Positions 1 to 8,841 are shown, counted from the first letter of the stretch. The stretch is 64,000 nucleotides of DNA from Patescibacteria group bacterium (GCA_023229115.1 JALNZW010000001.1:6861-70860); one strand, 5' to 3'. Program-made: numbers and translations. Notes: generated by a model from the letters alone, not told the origin.

Positions 1-372
1 TATATGTCTTCAGCTGTTGGTTCTCAAATGCAGGCTTTTATTATTAGAGACTTGGCTCTAGATAATAATGGTTTTAGTTTTTCCAAGTATTTATTTAGAC
101 ACTCTAGAGTTGTTTTTTCTATAGCTATTATTATCGCGATTCTTTTATATTCCTTAGTTTTGTTAATTTATAGCTCTGAGTCAGTTGCTTTGGTCTTGTC
201 CGTCTCTTTATTTTTTGCTGTTATTACCTCCATTTTTACTGGCTTAGTTGTTCCATACTTGTTTCATAAAATGAAATTAGATCCAGCTGATGCTTCTGGT
301 CCAGTGGCTACTATTATGCAAGACATCTTAAGTGTTTTGGTTTATCTGGCGGTAGCTTATTTGATGTTGTAA
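1..372 (+). CDS. mgtE: Mg2+ transporter MgtE, C-terminal membrane domain (5' end outside window)
   Basis: Frame is open from base 1. The C-terminal DPADASGPVATIMQDILSVLVYLAVAYL resembles the conserved last TM helices of MgtE. Confidence 0.75.
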   Translation, partial: YMSSAVGSQMQAFIIRDLALDNNGFSFSKYLFRHSRVVFSIAIIIAILLYSLVLLIYSSESVALVLSVSLFFAVITSIFTGLVVPYLFHKMKLDPADASGPVATIMQDILSVLVYLAVAYLML

Positions 373-412
373 ATAATAATTTTTAAATTAAATATACTAA
401 AATTAAAATAAT

Positions 413-625
413 ATGGATATAAAAAAAATTAAAAAAATTCTTAATATTATTAGAATGTTTGCTTTTGTAGGGACTTTACTGACAACCATTCCATTGTTTA
501 TTAATTATCTTTTAAATTTAGCTCCCAAGAATGAGTTAATAGTTCATCTACATGTTTGGTTGGGTATTTTATTTTTTGTTTTTGCTGTAATAAGTATGAT
601 ATTACAAAAAAAAGAAAATAAATAA
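413..625 (+). CDS. small membrane protein (2 TM), unknown function
   Basis: 70-aa ORF with two hydrophobic segments, followed by a terminator hairpin. Confidence 0.45.
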   Translation: MDIKKIKKILNIIRMFAFVGTLLTTIPLFINYLLNLAPKNELIVHLHVWLGILFFVFAVISMILQKKENK

Positions 626-643
626 ATTTTGTATAAAATAAAA

Positions 644-668
644 AAAGAGCTGATTTTAGCTCTTTTTT
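644..668 (+). terminator. rho-independent terminator
   Basis: AAAGAGCT-gatttt-AGCTCTTT stem-loop followed by a T-run. Confidence 0.6.
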
Positions 669-698
669 GACAATTATGTTTTTTACTGGTAATATCAT

Positions 699-1829
699 TT
701 GTTTCTTGATATGAACCTTAAAAACAAAATACTCATGAAAAAGATGATTAAAAGATTGAAGACGAAATTTTTTTCTAGTGAAGACAATAAGGCTTGGAAG
801 ACTTGGGTTGATCTGAGGTCAAGAAATTATAAGGACTTGATTAACCTTCTTTCTTCCGAGGTTAGGACTGAATTTAAAAGAAGGGCAATTTTTCTTTTAT
901 TGGTTCCTTTTGATAATTTTAATAATATTTATTGGAAGGGAAGTTTGGGAAAATTTGAACATGATTCAAATTTTTTAAAATTAATCGGTTCTCCTGCAGA
1001 ATTGGATTACGCTGCTGATTTGGTTTTTGATTTTTGTAGCGAATTAAAGTTTAAGCATATTGGCAGGAGCAAGGTTTCTGTTTTTGGTGGAGATGGTGTT
1101 ACTTTTTATGTGCCCGTTATGGAGAAATATCACACACCTCTTTCTTTTTATAATTCTTGTATTCTGGAATTCTTAAGTCTTCTTCCAGAAGAAAAAGCGA
1201 GAAAGCTTTTTTCTTTGTTTTCTTTGTTGGATATTTCAACTTATTCTAATATTGAATATGCTTCTGGCTACAATCCTTTTGCTAATTTGTTAAGTGATGA
1301 AAACATTGCTGAACATTGGAAGCGTTTGGCTGATTTTAAGATGACCTTAATTGTTGGGAATGAGTTATCTGGTAAAAAAAAGCCTCGAGAAAAATGGGAA
1401 AATGCTTTTTCGCAGTATGTTCATATTTTTCAGGCTATGCTACATGGAACTCCTAAATACTCTAAAGAGCTTTATGTTCGGCAAATAAGATTTATTTTGG
1501 AAATGTCTTCGCATAATCCTGAAATTTATGATTGGCAACTTATTCGAATTTTTAAGCTTTTGCCAAACAAAGAGTATAAAAGTATTCGCTACGCTTTGGC
1601 CAAGTATGTTTTATTGGAAAAAAACAATAGTTCTCCTAGTTTTTCTATTTATAATGAGGAAACTCAGTTTTTTGCTGATTGGGTAAAAAAAGAGTTTGCT
1701 CATGACAATGCTTTACTTGGAAGAATAAGTTTTTTGGAGAAGGAAAGAGATGAACGCAATTTGGCCAGAAAAATCATCATTGAGACCAAAAAAGCTCAAG
1801 AAGACGACGCTATGTCAAAAATGAAATAA
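699..1829 (+). CDS. hypothetical protein (376 aa), no family recognised
   Basis: Long uninterrupted ORF in an AT-rich context. It has a TTG start at 699, with alternative ATG starts at 711 and 735. A terminator-like hairpin follows. Confidence 0.6.
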   Translation: MFLDMNLKNKILMKKMIKRLKTKFFSSEDNKAWKTWVDLRSRNYKDLINLLSSEVRTEFKRRAIFLLLVPFDNFNNIYWKGSLGKFEHDSNFLKLIGSPAELDYAADLVFDFCSELKFKHIGRSKVSVFGGDGVTFYVPVMEKYHTPLSFYNSCILEFLSLLPEEKARKLFSLFSLLDISTYSNIEYASGYNPFANLLSDENIAEHWKRLADFKMTLIVGNELSGKKKPREKWENAFSQYVHIFQAMLHGTPKYSKELYVRQIRFILEMSSHNPEIYDWQLIRIFKLLPNKEYKSIRYALAKYVLLEKNNSSPSFSIYNEETQFFADWVKKEFAHDNALLGRISFLEKERDERNLARKIIIETKKAQEDDAMSKMK

Positions 1830-1924
1830 TCATCCTTTTTCAAAATAAACCCTAGATAAATCTGGGGTTTTTTGTGATATTTTGGCGTTTATGTAATAAA
1901 TTTTTATCAAAATGATAGAAATAG

Positions 1925-1953
1925 TTGACATATATTTTTATATTTGCTATAAT
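1925..1953 (+). promoter_or_regulatory. sigma70-type promoter (TTGACA-N17-TATAAT)
   Basis: Exact TTGACA at 1925-1930 and TATAAT at 1948-1953 with a 17-nt spacer, upstream of the 1992 gene. Confidence 0.55.
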
Positions 1954-1991
1954 AAAATTATCTAAACTTAATTATTATTAATTTTAAAATT

Positions 1992-2429
1992 ATGTTTGCT
2001 AAAAGAGAGTGGTTTCAAAGAAGAAAATATGGTGGTTGGGGGGTTACTCCTAAAACCAAAGAGGGTTGGTGGTATATAGCTTTAATCTGCTTGCCTTTAA
2101 TTGTTTTCCATTTTCTTCCTTTTTGGACTGATCAAATTAGAATGTATGTGACTGTGGTTTGGTTAATTATTTTAATGATAGACATGATTCCAATAATGTT
2201 GACTGTTAAAAAAGATGAATTGGAATTTAAAATTGAAGCGGTAGCTGAAAGAAATTCTTCTTGGTTTATGTCATTGGTTTTAGCTTTTGGCTTGGTTTAT
2301 GAAACTATAATTCACGCCTTAAAAGGTGAGGTTTATTTTAATATTATAATTTTAGTTGCCTTGTTAGGCGGAGCTTTAGTTAAAAGTGTTTCTAATTATA
2401 TTTTAGAGAAAAAGGGTATTAAGGATTAA
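1992..2429 (+). CDS. membrane protein paired with XRE regulator (DUF2178-like arrangement)
   Basis: 145 aa with 3-4 hydrophobic helices, located 10 nt upstream of a 63-aa XRE HTH gene. Confidence 0.6.
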   Translation: MFAKREWFQRRKYGGWGVTPKTKEGWWYIALICLPLIVFHFLPFWTDQIRMYVTVVWLIILMIDMIPIMLTVKKDELEFKIEAVAERNSSWFMSLVLAFGLVYETIIHALKGEVYFNIIILVALLGGALVKSVSNYILEKKGIKD

Positions 2430-2439
2430 ATTTACATCA

Positions 2440-2631
2440 ATGAAAACTAGAATAAAAGAGTTGAGAGCTAAATATAATATGACTCAGGAGGATTTGGCTG
2501 AGAAGGTTGGGGTTACTAGAATGACTATTGGTTTTTTAGAGAAAGGGAAGTATAATCCGTCACTTGTTTTGGCCTATAAGATAAGTAAGATTTTTAATTT
2601 AAAGATAGAGGATGTTTTTGTGCTTGAATAA
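2440..2631 (+). CDS. XRE-family helix-turn-helix transcriptional regulator
   Basis: [35 protein letters not shown] is a canonical Cro/C1 HTH. Confidence 0.85.
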   Translation: MKTRIKELRAKYNMTQEDLAEKVGVTRMTIGFLEKGKYNPSLVLAYKISKIFNLKIEDVFVLE

Positions 2632-2655
2632 AGATTTTTTGTAATAGGACATATT

Positions 2656-2684
2656 AAGCCGTAACAAATGTTACGGCTTTTTTT
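2656..2684 (+). terminator. rho-independent terminator
   Basis: AAGCCGTAAC-aaat-GTTACGGCTT followed by a T-run. Confidence 0.7.
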
Positions 2685-2695
2685 ATTTTTTAGTT

Positions 2696-2715
2696 TAAAT
2701 TTTGTTTGATTTTTG
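2696..2715 (+). repeat. 20-nt intergenic repeat copy A (TAAATTTTGTTTGATTTTTG)
   Basis: Identical 20-mer at 5656-5675, with a 15-nt core also at 3601-3615. Every copy lies just 3' of a terminator. Confidence 0.6.
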
Positions 2716-2801
2716 AGAAAAAAATAAATTATATTTTTATTTATAATTTTAAATGGCTTTATTTCGTTTGTGTTATATTTTGGTGTTAATTTATTAAACT
2801 C

Positions 2802-2830
2802 TTGACCTCTTATATCCTATTAGATATAAT
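2802..2830 (+). promoter_or_regulatory. sigma70-type promoter (TTGACC-N17-TATAAT)
   Basis: TTGACC at 2802-2807 and TATAAT at 2825-2830, 17 nt upstream of the ATG at 2848. Confidence 0.55.
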
Positions 2831-2847
2831 AGAGATAGACAGGATTT

Positions 2848-3249
2848 ATGGATATTGTTTATTATTATGATGATGTTTTGGGTTTTTGTCCTGTTAAAAA
2901 ATATTTAGAATTGAATGATTTTAGTTGTAATAAACGTTTAAAACTTTTAGCAGAGATTGATCAAAAGATAAATTTTATTAAAGAAAATAATGGAAAGCCA
3001 ATACTACCGATAGCAAAGCCAGTTCATTCTTATGGATTTTTTGAAATTAAAACTAGAAAAAACAAGAATATAGTTATTAGAATTTTATATTTTTGTTATA
3101 TGAATAAAATTGTTTTGTTAAATGTTTTTGAGAAACCTGATAACTATAAAAGTAACAGAGAGAAGAAAAAAATTATAAAACATTATGAAATTTCTCAAAA
3201 ATATTTAAATAAATTTAAATTAAATAATTATTATGAAAAATATAAATAA
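2848..3249 (+). CDS. type II toxin, Gp49/HigB/RelE-like
   Basis: YGFFEIKTRKNKNIVIRILYFCYMNKIVLLNVFEKP matches the Gp49-like toxin core pattern. The gene overlaps a downstream HTH gene. Confidence 0.65.
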   Translation: MDIVYYYDDVLGFCPVKKYLELNDFSCNKRLKLLAEIDQKINFIKENNGKPILPIAKPVHSYGFFEIKTRKNKNIVIRILYFCYMNKIVLLNVFEKPDNYKSNREKKKIIKHYEISQKYLNKFKLNNYYEKYK

Positions 3250-3565
3250 TAGAAAAACACAAAAAGATTCGATGGCAGAAGCTAGAAAAAGTAAAATTTT
3301 TAAAAAATATTCCAGGGAAGCTAGGGAAAGAATTAATTTGGGCGTGGAGATTTATAATGCTCGAGTTGCTCTAAATATCAGTCAGCAAGAATTAGCCAAA
3401 ATAACGAAAACAACCCAGAAAATGATTTCTAATATTGAGAGCGCCAATGTTGATGTTCGTTTTAGTACTTTAAATAAAATCAAAAAAGCTTTAAATTTTA
3501 AAGCTGAAAATTGGGCTAGAATTTATAGTTTTTCCCTTGAAGAAAAAAAAGCTTTGTCTAACTAG
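3233..3565 (+). CDS. HTH (XRE-type) antitoxin, HigA-like
   Basis: ALNISQQELAKITKTTQKMISNIESANVDVRFSTLNKI is an HTH motif. The gene overlaps the toxin gene by 17 nt. Confidence 0.7.
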   Translation: MKNINNRKTQKDSMAEARKSKIFKKYSREARERINLGVEIYNARVALNISQQELAKITKTTQKMISNIESANVDVRFSTLNKIKKALNFKAENWARIYSFSLEEKKALSN

Positions 3566-3581
3566 TTTTTTTCAATTAGAA

Positions 3582-3604
3582 AGAAGCTCTGAGCTTCTTT
3601 TTTT
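3582..3604 (+). terminator. rho-independent terminator
   Basis: AGAAGC-tctga-GCTTCT followed by a T-run. Confidence 0.65.
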
Positions 3605-3615
3605 GTTTGATTTTT
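3601..3615 (+). repeat. 15-nt core of the intergenic repeat (TTTTGTTTGATTTTT)
   Basis: Shares its core with the 20-mers at 2696 and 5656 and has the same post-terminator position. Confidence 0.4.
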
Positions 3616-3666
3616 AGATAAAATAATGGTATTTTAAAAGGAGATTAATAAACTAAGATAATCAAT

Positions 3667-4188
3667 TTGTTTATGTTTTTTCTGTCTATAAACGGTCCTT
3701 CATGTTCTGGAAAAAGTACTATTATTAAGGAGATAATGAAAACTGAAGAGAATGTATTTCATTTATCTTATGACTTTCTTAAATGGTCTTTTTCTAAGTA
3801 TAACTCTAAAACACATTATAATTTAGTTATTGATTTGCTCTTAAATATAGCCAAGCTTTCTTTTAAGAAGAAATATAATATAATTTCTGATTCTTCTTTG
3901 TATAAAAAAGATAGAGACAAATTAATTGATTTAGCCAAAAAATATAATTATAAAATAATAGAAATTAATTTAGAGGCTGATTTCTCTGTTTTGGAAAAGA
4001 GATTTGAGGAAAGAGTTGCTAGTGCTTTGGCTAATCCCGGCAGTAGAATTTCTAATACTTCCAAAGAAAGATTTAAAGAATTGGTTAAGATATTTGAAAA
4101 AGAAAAAAACAATAAAGCGATAGCGCTTAGAACTGATAATCAAAAATTAGAAGAAGTGGTTGAAGAAGTTTTAAAATTAATTAAATAG
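3667..4188 (+). CDS. P-loop kinase (AAA_33 / zeta-toxin / chloramphenicol-phosphotransferase-like)
   Basis: N-terminal Walker A, INGPSCSGKST. Its small size is typical of nucleotide or small-molecule kinases. ATG at 3673 is an alternative start. Confidence 0.6.
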   Translation: MFMFFLSINGPSCSGKSTIIKEIMKTEENVFHLSYDFLKWSFSKYNSKTHYNLVIDLLLNIAKLSFKKKYNIISDSSLYKKDRDKLIDLAKKYNYKIIEINLEADFSVLEKRFEERVASALANPGSRISNTSKERFKELVKIFEKEKNNKAIALRTDNQKLEEVVEEVLKLIK

Positions 4189-4189
4189 T

Positions 4190-4633
4190 ATGAAGATAAC
4201 GATTTGCGGGAGTATTGCTTTTTATGAGCAAATGTTGGAAATAAAACAAAAATTAGAATTATTGGGTTATGAAGTTGATTTACCTCCTTCTGAAGTAGAA
4301 GATGATCAGGGCAAAATGATTTCAGTCGCTGAATATTATTCAAGAAGAAAGGCGGGGCAGGAAAGTGATACTTGGATTTGGGATAGAAAGGAGTGGGCCA
4401 TAAGATTTCATTTTAAAAAAATAGAATGGGCTGATGCTGTTTTGGTTTTAAATTATGATAAAAATGATATTGCCAATTATATTGGTGGTAATACTTTTTT
4501 AGAGATAGGTATAGCTTTTTATCTTGGTAAAAAAATTTATTTATTTAATGATATTCCAGAAATTTCTTATAAAGAAGAGATTTTGGGAATGAAGCCAGTC
4601 GTTATTTTTGAGGATTTGAGTAAAATAATTTAA
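4190..4633 (+). CDS. nucleoside 2-deoxyribosyltransferase-like superfamily protein
   Basis: MKITICGS...ADAVLVLNYD...YIGGNTFLEIGIAFYLGKKIY follows the Rossmann-like NDT/Rcl pattern with a conserved Glu. The start lies 1 nt after the kinase stop. Confidence 0.45.
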   Translation: MKITICGSIAFYEQMLEIKQKLELLGYEVDLPPSEVEDDQGKMISVAEYYSRRKAGQESDTWIWDRKEWAIRFHFKKIEWADAVLVLNYDKNDIANYIGGNTFLEIGIAFYLGKKIYLFNDIPEISYKEEILGMKPVVIFEDLSKII

Positions 4634-4637
4634 AAAT

Positions 4638-4979
4638 ATGAAGACAACAAAAAGTGAAGCACAATTTGTGTCTAAATTTGGTATAAATCTTTGGGCTTAT
4701 AAAACCGGAAGCAATAAGGTCGGTTTTGTTCATACCGAGGTGGGGGAGGGGCACTTTGAAGAATTTTATCATAAAAAAAGTACTTTTATTTATTATATTT
4801 TAGAAGGCGAGGGAATTTTCTTTTTGGATGGAGTTAAAACACCCGTCAAGGCTACTGATTTATTGGTGATTCCACCCAACACTAAGATTTATTATTTCGG
4901 CAAAATGAAATTAAATTTAATAACAGTTCCGGCCTGGGATTCTAGCGAAGAGGTTCATGTTAGAAATATTGAGAAGTAA
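4638..4979 (+). CDS. cupin-domain protein
   Basis: GEGHFEEFYH...YYILEGEGIFFLDG...DLLVIPPNTKIYY is a two-motif cupin barrel pattern. Confidence 0.65.
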   Translation: MKTTKSEAQFVSKFGINLWAYKTGSNKVGFVHTEVGEGHFEEFYHKKSTFIYYILEGEGIFFLDGVKTPVKATDLLVIPPNTKIYYFGKMKLNLITVPAWDSSEEVHVRNIEK

Positions 4980-5019
4980 TTTATATCCGCACCTCTTTCT
5001 TTGGTTTATAAATTTTAGT

Positions 5020-5048
5020 TTGACAAATAATAGAAAATATGATATAAT
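5020..5048 (+). promoter_or_regulatory. sigma70-type promoter (TTGACA-N17-TATAAT)
   Basis: Exact hexamers at 5020-5025 and 5043-5048. Confidence 0.55.
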
Positions 5049-5094
5049 TGAAAGTAGTACTTTGAAAATATTATTTAATTAAAATATCTAGATC

Positions 5095-5373
5095 ATGGAA
5101 GGCATTATCATTTTGTTTGTTTCATTGTTGTTTTTATTTTGGATAACTAAGCTTATCGTTAAAAGTATCATTTTCCCTAATTGGGCAAAAATAAACTATA
5201 AAAATCCTTGGAAAATTATCTTCTTTGATAAAAATCCTTGGTTAAAGCTTGTATTAATTAGACTTAGTCAATCTGTTTTAGTGCTTATTTTACTTTTTGT
5301 TCTGGCTTTTAAGTTTTCAGTGAAAACGGCCGCCGGAATTATTTTTCCTAAAAAATTAAATCCAATAAAATAA
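5095..5373 (+). CDS. small membrane protein
   Basis: 92 aa with two hydrophobic helices. Confidence 0.5.
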   Translation: MEGIIILFVSLLFLFWITKLIVKSIIFPNWAKINYKNPWKIIFFDKNPWLKLVLIRLSQSVLVLILLFVLAFKFSVKTAAGIIFPKKLNPIK

Positions 5374-5420
5374 TTTACAATGAATTACATTCGATTTTTT
5401 TCGGAACCCCTAGAAGGCTT

Positions 5421-5600
5421 TTGGCTTCCTTGGTGGCTATAGGTGTGATACTGGCAATAATTTTCCCAAATTCTTTGGCAGAGGGTTTTCAAGTACTCAC
5501 TTATTCGGTTTTAAATGCTATCGGTCCCATGATAGGATCAATTTTGGTTATTTTAATTGTTTTGGCTGGATTAAAAATAATTTTTTCTGGTAAAAAATAA
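5421..5600 (+). CDS. possible 59-aa membrane peptide (TTG start), below the ORF-track cutoff
   Basis: The open frame reads LASLVAIGVILAIIFPNSLAEGFQVLTYSVLNAIGPMIGSILVILIVLAGLKIIFSGKK. It ends just before a strong terminator. Confidence 0.3.
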   Translation: MASLVAIGVILAIIFPNSLAEGFQVLTYSVLNAIGPMIGSILVILIVLAGLKIIFSGKK

Positions 5601-5615
5601 CTTTTTATTAATTTT

Positions 5616-5642
5616 AGGCTTGAATTCGTTCAAGCCTTTTTT
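5616..5642 (+). terminator. rho-independent terminator
   Basis: AGGCTTGAA-ttcg-TTCAAGCCT followed by a T-run. Confidence 0.7.
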
Positions 5643-5655
5643 ATTTATTTTAATA

Positions 5656-5675
5656 TAAATTTTGTTTGATTTTTG
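5656..5675 (+). repeat. 20-nt intergenic repeat copy B (TAAATTTTGTTTGATTTTTG)
   Basis: Exact match to 2696-2715. Confidence 0.6.
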
Positions 5676-5728
5676 CTTAATTCAATAAATTTAAAATAGC
5701 AGTATATTTATAGTGTGCTTAAAAAACC

Positions 5729-5757
5729 TTGACAAATCATTTTTTATTTGTTAAAAT
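5729..5757 (+). promoter_or_regulatory. sigma70-type promoter (TTGACA-N17-TAAAAT)
   Basis: TTGACA at 5729-5734 and TAAAAT at 5752-5757, just upstream of the half-size hsdS. Confidence 0.55.
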
Positions 5758-5763
5758 AGAGAT

Positions 5764-6333
5764 ATGAAAAAGAAAATCAATCAAATTGCATCCATTTTTG
5801 CCGGTTATACCTTTAGAACAGCTCTAAAAGATGATAAAAATGGTACAATGTCAGTTATTCAAGCTAGAGATGTTTTTTCTGACAATCTTTATGTTGATTA
5901 TTCTAGCTTACTAAAAATAGATTTTAAAACCGCTAGATCAAACTCTTTGGTGGAAAAATACGATGTTTTGATTTCTGCTCGAGGAATATTTAAGGCTAGC
6001 GTTTTTACAGAGGATAATAAAAATGTAATTAGCTCATCTTCTAATTATATAATTCGCTTAAAAGACAAAAATATCTTACCAGAATATTTAGCTATATATT
6101 TTAATTCCATTGTTGGTCAAAAAGAGATTAGTAAAAATCTAAGTGGCGGAACCATAAAGACAATTCTAAGAAAAGATTTGGGAGAAATTGAAATTAAAAT
6201 TGTTGATCTAGAAAAACAAAAAAAGATTATTAATTTATATCAGACTAGTAAAAAGATGCAAATTTTATTATCTAGAAAAAAAGAAATTGTTAATAATATC
6301 AGTGAAGCTAGTATTTGTAATATTTTAAAATAA
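5764..6333 (+). CDS. hsdS: type I R-M specificity subunit, half-size (single target-recognition domain)
   Basis: 189 aa, with N-terminal INQIASIFAGYTF and a C-terminal conserved helix, VDLEKQKKIINLYQ. It lies directly upstream of hsdM. Confidence 0.7.
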   Translation: MKKKINQIASIFAGYTFRTALKDDKNGTMSVIQARDVFSDNLYVDYSSLLKIDFKTARSNSLVEKYDVLISARGIFKASVFTEDNKNVISSSSNYIIRLKDKNILPEYLAIYFNSIVGQKEISKNLSGGTIKTILRKDLGEIEIKIVDLEKQKKIINLYQTSKKMQILLSRKKEIVNNISEASICNILK

Positions 6334-6380
6334 TTTTTTTTATTTTTTACTTAAATAATTTATAAACAAATTTAAATAAT

Positions 6381-7895
6381 ATGATAAACAAAAACATTAG
6401 CCAAGATCAATTAAATAAAACTCTTTGGTCGGCCGCTGACTCATCTCGAACATCTTTAGACGGTGCAGTTTACAAAAATTACGTTCTGGTAATGCTTTTT
6501 TATAAATATTTAAGCGATTTATCAAAAAAACAATACAACAAATATAAAGAAAGATTTGGTAGTGATGAAAGTCGTATAGAAGAAAAGATGAAACAAGATC
6601 GTTTTTATTTACCAAAAAGCACTTCCTTCTATTATATTTATAGCATTGTTGAAAGTGATAATATCGGCGAAGAAATAAACAAGGCTTTAGCTAAAATCGA
6701 AGATCATAACAAGCAAAAGCTGGAAGGTATTTTAACTTCAGTTGATTTTAATTCTGAGTCAACTTTGGGCAAGTTAGAGCAAAGAAATAAAATGCTTCGT
6801 GATTTAGTTCAAGATTTTAACAAAATAGATTTAAGTGAAGTTGACGACGATATTATTGGTAATGCCTATATGTATATGATAGAAAAGTTTGGCTCAGATG
6901 CCGGCAAAAAAGCGGGAGAGTTTTTTACTGTAAAATCGGTAGCTAAATTGCTAGCCAAATTATCAAAACCAAAAGATGGCGATAGAATTTGTGATCCGGC
7001 CTGTGGCTCGGGGGGGCTACTTCTTTTAGCTGGTGAGGAAATAGAAAAAAATGGTTCAAAAAATTATGCCTTGTATGGACAGGAATCAACTGGTTCAACT
7101 TATCAGTTGGCGAGAATGAATATGTTTTTACATGGCAAAGATTCAGCTCGTCTTGAGTGGGGTGATACTTTAAACCACCCTCTTTTAGTAGAAAATGACA
7201 AGTTAATGAAGTTTGATTTAGTAATAGCTAATCCACCCTTTTCTTTGAAAAAATGGGGAGCTGAAAATGCTACTAGTGATAAGTATAATAGATTTTTTAG
7301 AGGTATTCCGCCAAAAGATAAAGGTGATTTTGCCTTTATTTCTCATATGGTAGAAACAGCCAAAGCTAAGACCGGCAGAGTAGCAGTAATCGTTCCTCAT
7401 GGTGTTTTGTTTCGTGGTGGTTCAGAAGGAAAAATTCGTCAGGCAATGTTAGAGGAAAATATTATTGATGCTGTGATTGGTTTACCAGCCAACTTATTTC
7501 AAACAACTGGTATTCCGGTAGCAATTTTAATTATTGATAGATCAAGAGAAAAGGGAGGAGTTAATGAAGATAAGAAAGACGTTTTATTTATTGAAGCCTC
7601 GAAAGAATTTATCTCTGGCAAAGCTCAAAATTATTTGAGTGAAGAAAATATTGAAAAAATTTATGATACTTATGATAAACGAAAAACAATTGATAAATTT
7701 TCTCGTTCAGTCAAATTTGATGAAATTAAAGAAAATGATTTTAATTTAAATATTACTAGATATGTTGATACCTTTGAGGAGGAGGAAGAAATAGATATTA
7801 AAGCAAATTTGGAAGAATTAGAAAAAATTAATCCAGAAATTGAGGTTTTGGAAAAGGAGATGGACAAGTATTTAAAAGAATTAAATATTAAATAA
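6381..7895 (+). CDS. hsdM: type I R-M DNA methyltransferase subunit M (N6-adenine)
   Basis: HsdM N-terminal domain (LWSAADSSR..YKNYVLVMLFYKYLSD), AdoMet motif DPACGSGG and catalytic NPPF. Confidence 0.95.
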   Translation: MINKNISQDQLNKTLWSAADSSRTSLDGAVYKNYVLVMLFYKYLSDLSKKQYNKYKERFGSDESRIEEKMKQDRFYLPKSTSFYYIYSIVESDNIGEEINKALAKIEDHNKQKLEGILTSVDFNSESTLGKLEQRNKMLRDLVQDFNKIDLSEVDDDIIGNAYMYMIEKFGSDAGKKAGEFFTVKSVAKLLAKLSKPKDGDRICDPACGSGGLLLLAGEEIEKNGSKNYALYGQESTGSTYQLARMNMFLHGKDSARLEWGDTLNHPLLVENDKLMKFDLVIANPPFSLKKWGAENATSDKYNRFFRGIPPKDKGDFAFISHMVETAKAKTGRVAVIVPHGVLFRGGSEGKIRQAMLEENIIDAVIGLPANLFQTTGIPVAILIIDRSREKGGVNEDKKDVLFIEASKEFISGKAQNYLSEENIEKIYDTYDKRKTIDKFSRSVKFDEIKENDFNLNITRYVDTFEEEEEIDIKANLEELEKINPEIEVLEKEMDKYLKELNIK

Positions 7896-7902
7896 TTTAG
7901 AA

Positions 7903-7926
7903 CGTTTTCCCGACGTCGGGAAAACG
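7903..7926. terminator. GC-rich perfect 24-nt palindrome (possible bidirectional terminator)
   Basis: CGTTTTCCCGACGTCGGGAAAACG lies immediately 3' of hsdM. It has no clean T-run. Confidence 0.4.
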
Positions 7927-8004
7927 ATATGATCCTTATAAATAAATGCTAAAATCATTTTTTAATTTTTAGTTAAAATATTTTTTAATGATTAATTTAA
8001 AAAT

Positions 8005-8841
8005 ATGGAAAAACAAGTTATTTTATCACATTTAAGTAATTTTGAGTCGTTCGCTAATAAAACGGATAATGGGCTTGAATTTTGGTTTGCTAGAGATTTG
8101 CAGCATTTATTAGGGTATTCCAAGTGGGATAATTTTCAAAATATTATTTCTAAGGCTAAAACTGCTTGTGAACTTTCGGAGCAGAATATTTCTGATCATT
8201 TTGCTGAAGTTAGTAAGACGATAAAAATGCCAAAGAATGCCAAAAAAGAAGTTGATGATGTAATTTTAACTAGATATGCTTGCTATCTAATTGCTCAAAA
8301 TGGCGATAGCAAAAAAGAAGAAATAGCCTTTGCTCAAACTTATTTTGCTGTTCAAACTAGGAAGGCAGAGATTATAGAAAAAAGATTATTAGAGACTGAA
8401 AGGATTCAGGCTAGAAATAAATTAGCTGAAACAGAAAAAGAGCTATCTACTGTTATTTTTGAGCAGACAGGCGGTAATCAGAATTTTGCGCTTATTAGAA
8501 GTAAAGGCGACAAAGCTTTGTTTGATAAAACAACTCAACAAATGAAAGATAAGTGGAATATAAAGAACAAGCCTTTGGCCGATTTTATGCCGACAATTTT
8601 ATTGAAGGCTAAAGATTTTGCTACTGAAATAACAATTTTTAATGCTAAAGATAAAAAAATGAAAAATGAAAATCAAATATCAGCAGAACATGTCACAAAC
8701 AACAAAAGTGTTCGGAGTACTCTGATTTCTCGTGGGATTGTTCCAGAAAATTTATCTCCCGAAGAGGATGTGAAAAAAATAGAGAGAAAGTTAAAAACAG
8801 AAGAGAAAAAGAGTTTTAAAAATAAAAAATTAGAAAATTAA
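8005..8841 (+). CDS. dinD: DNA damage-inducible protein D (DinD)-like
   Basis: FWFARDLQHLLGYSKWDNFQNIISKAKTACE...LTRYACYLIAQNGDSKK...AQTYFAVQTR follows the DinD family pattern. The size (278 aa) also matches. Confidence 0.8.
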   Translation: MEKQVILSHLSNFESFANKTDNGLEFWFARDLQHLLGYSKWDNFQNIISKAKTACELSEQNISDHFAEVSKTIKMPKNAKKEVDDVILTRYACYLIAQNGDSKKEEIAFAQTYFAVQTRKAEIIEKRLLETERIQARNKLAETEKELSTVIFEQTGGNQNFALIRSKGDKALFDKTTQQMKDKWNIKNKPLADFMPTILLKAKDFATEITIFNAKDKKMKNENQISAEHVTNNKSVRSTLISRGIVPENLSPEEDVKKIERKLKTEEKKSFKNKKLEN

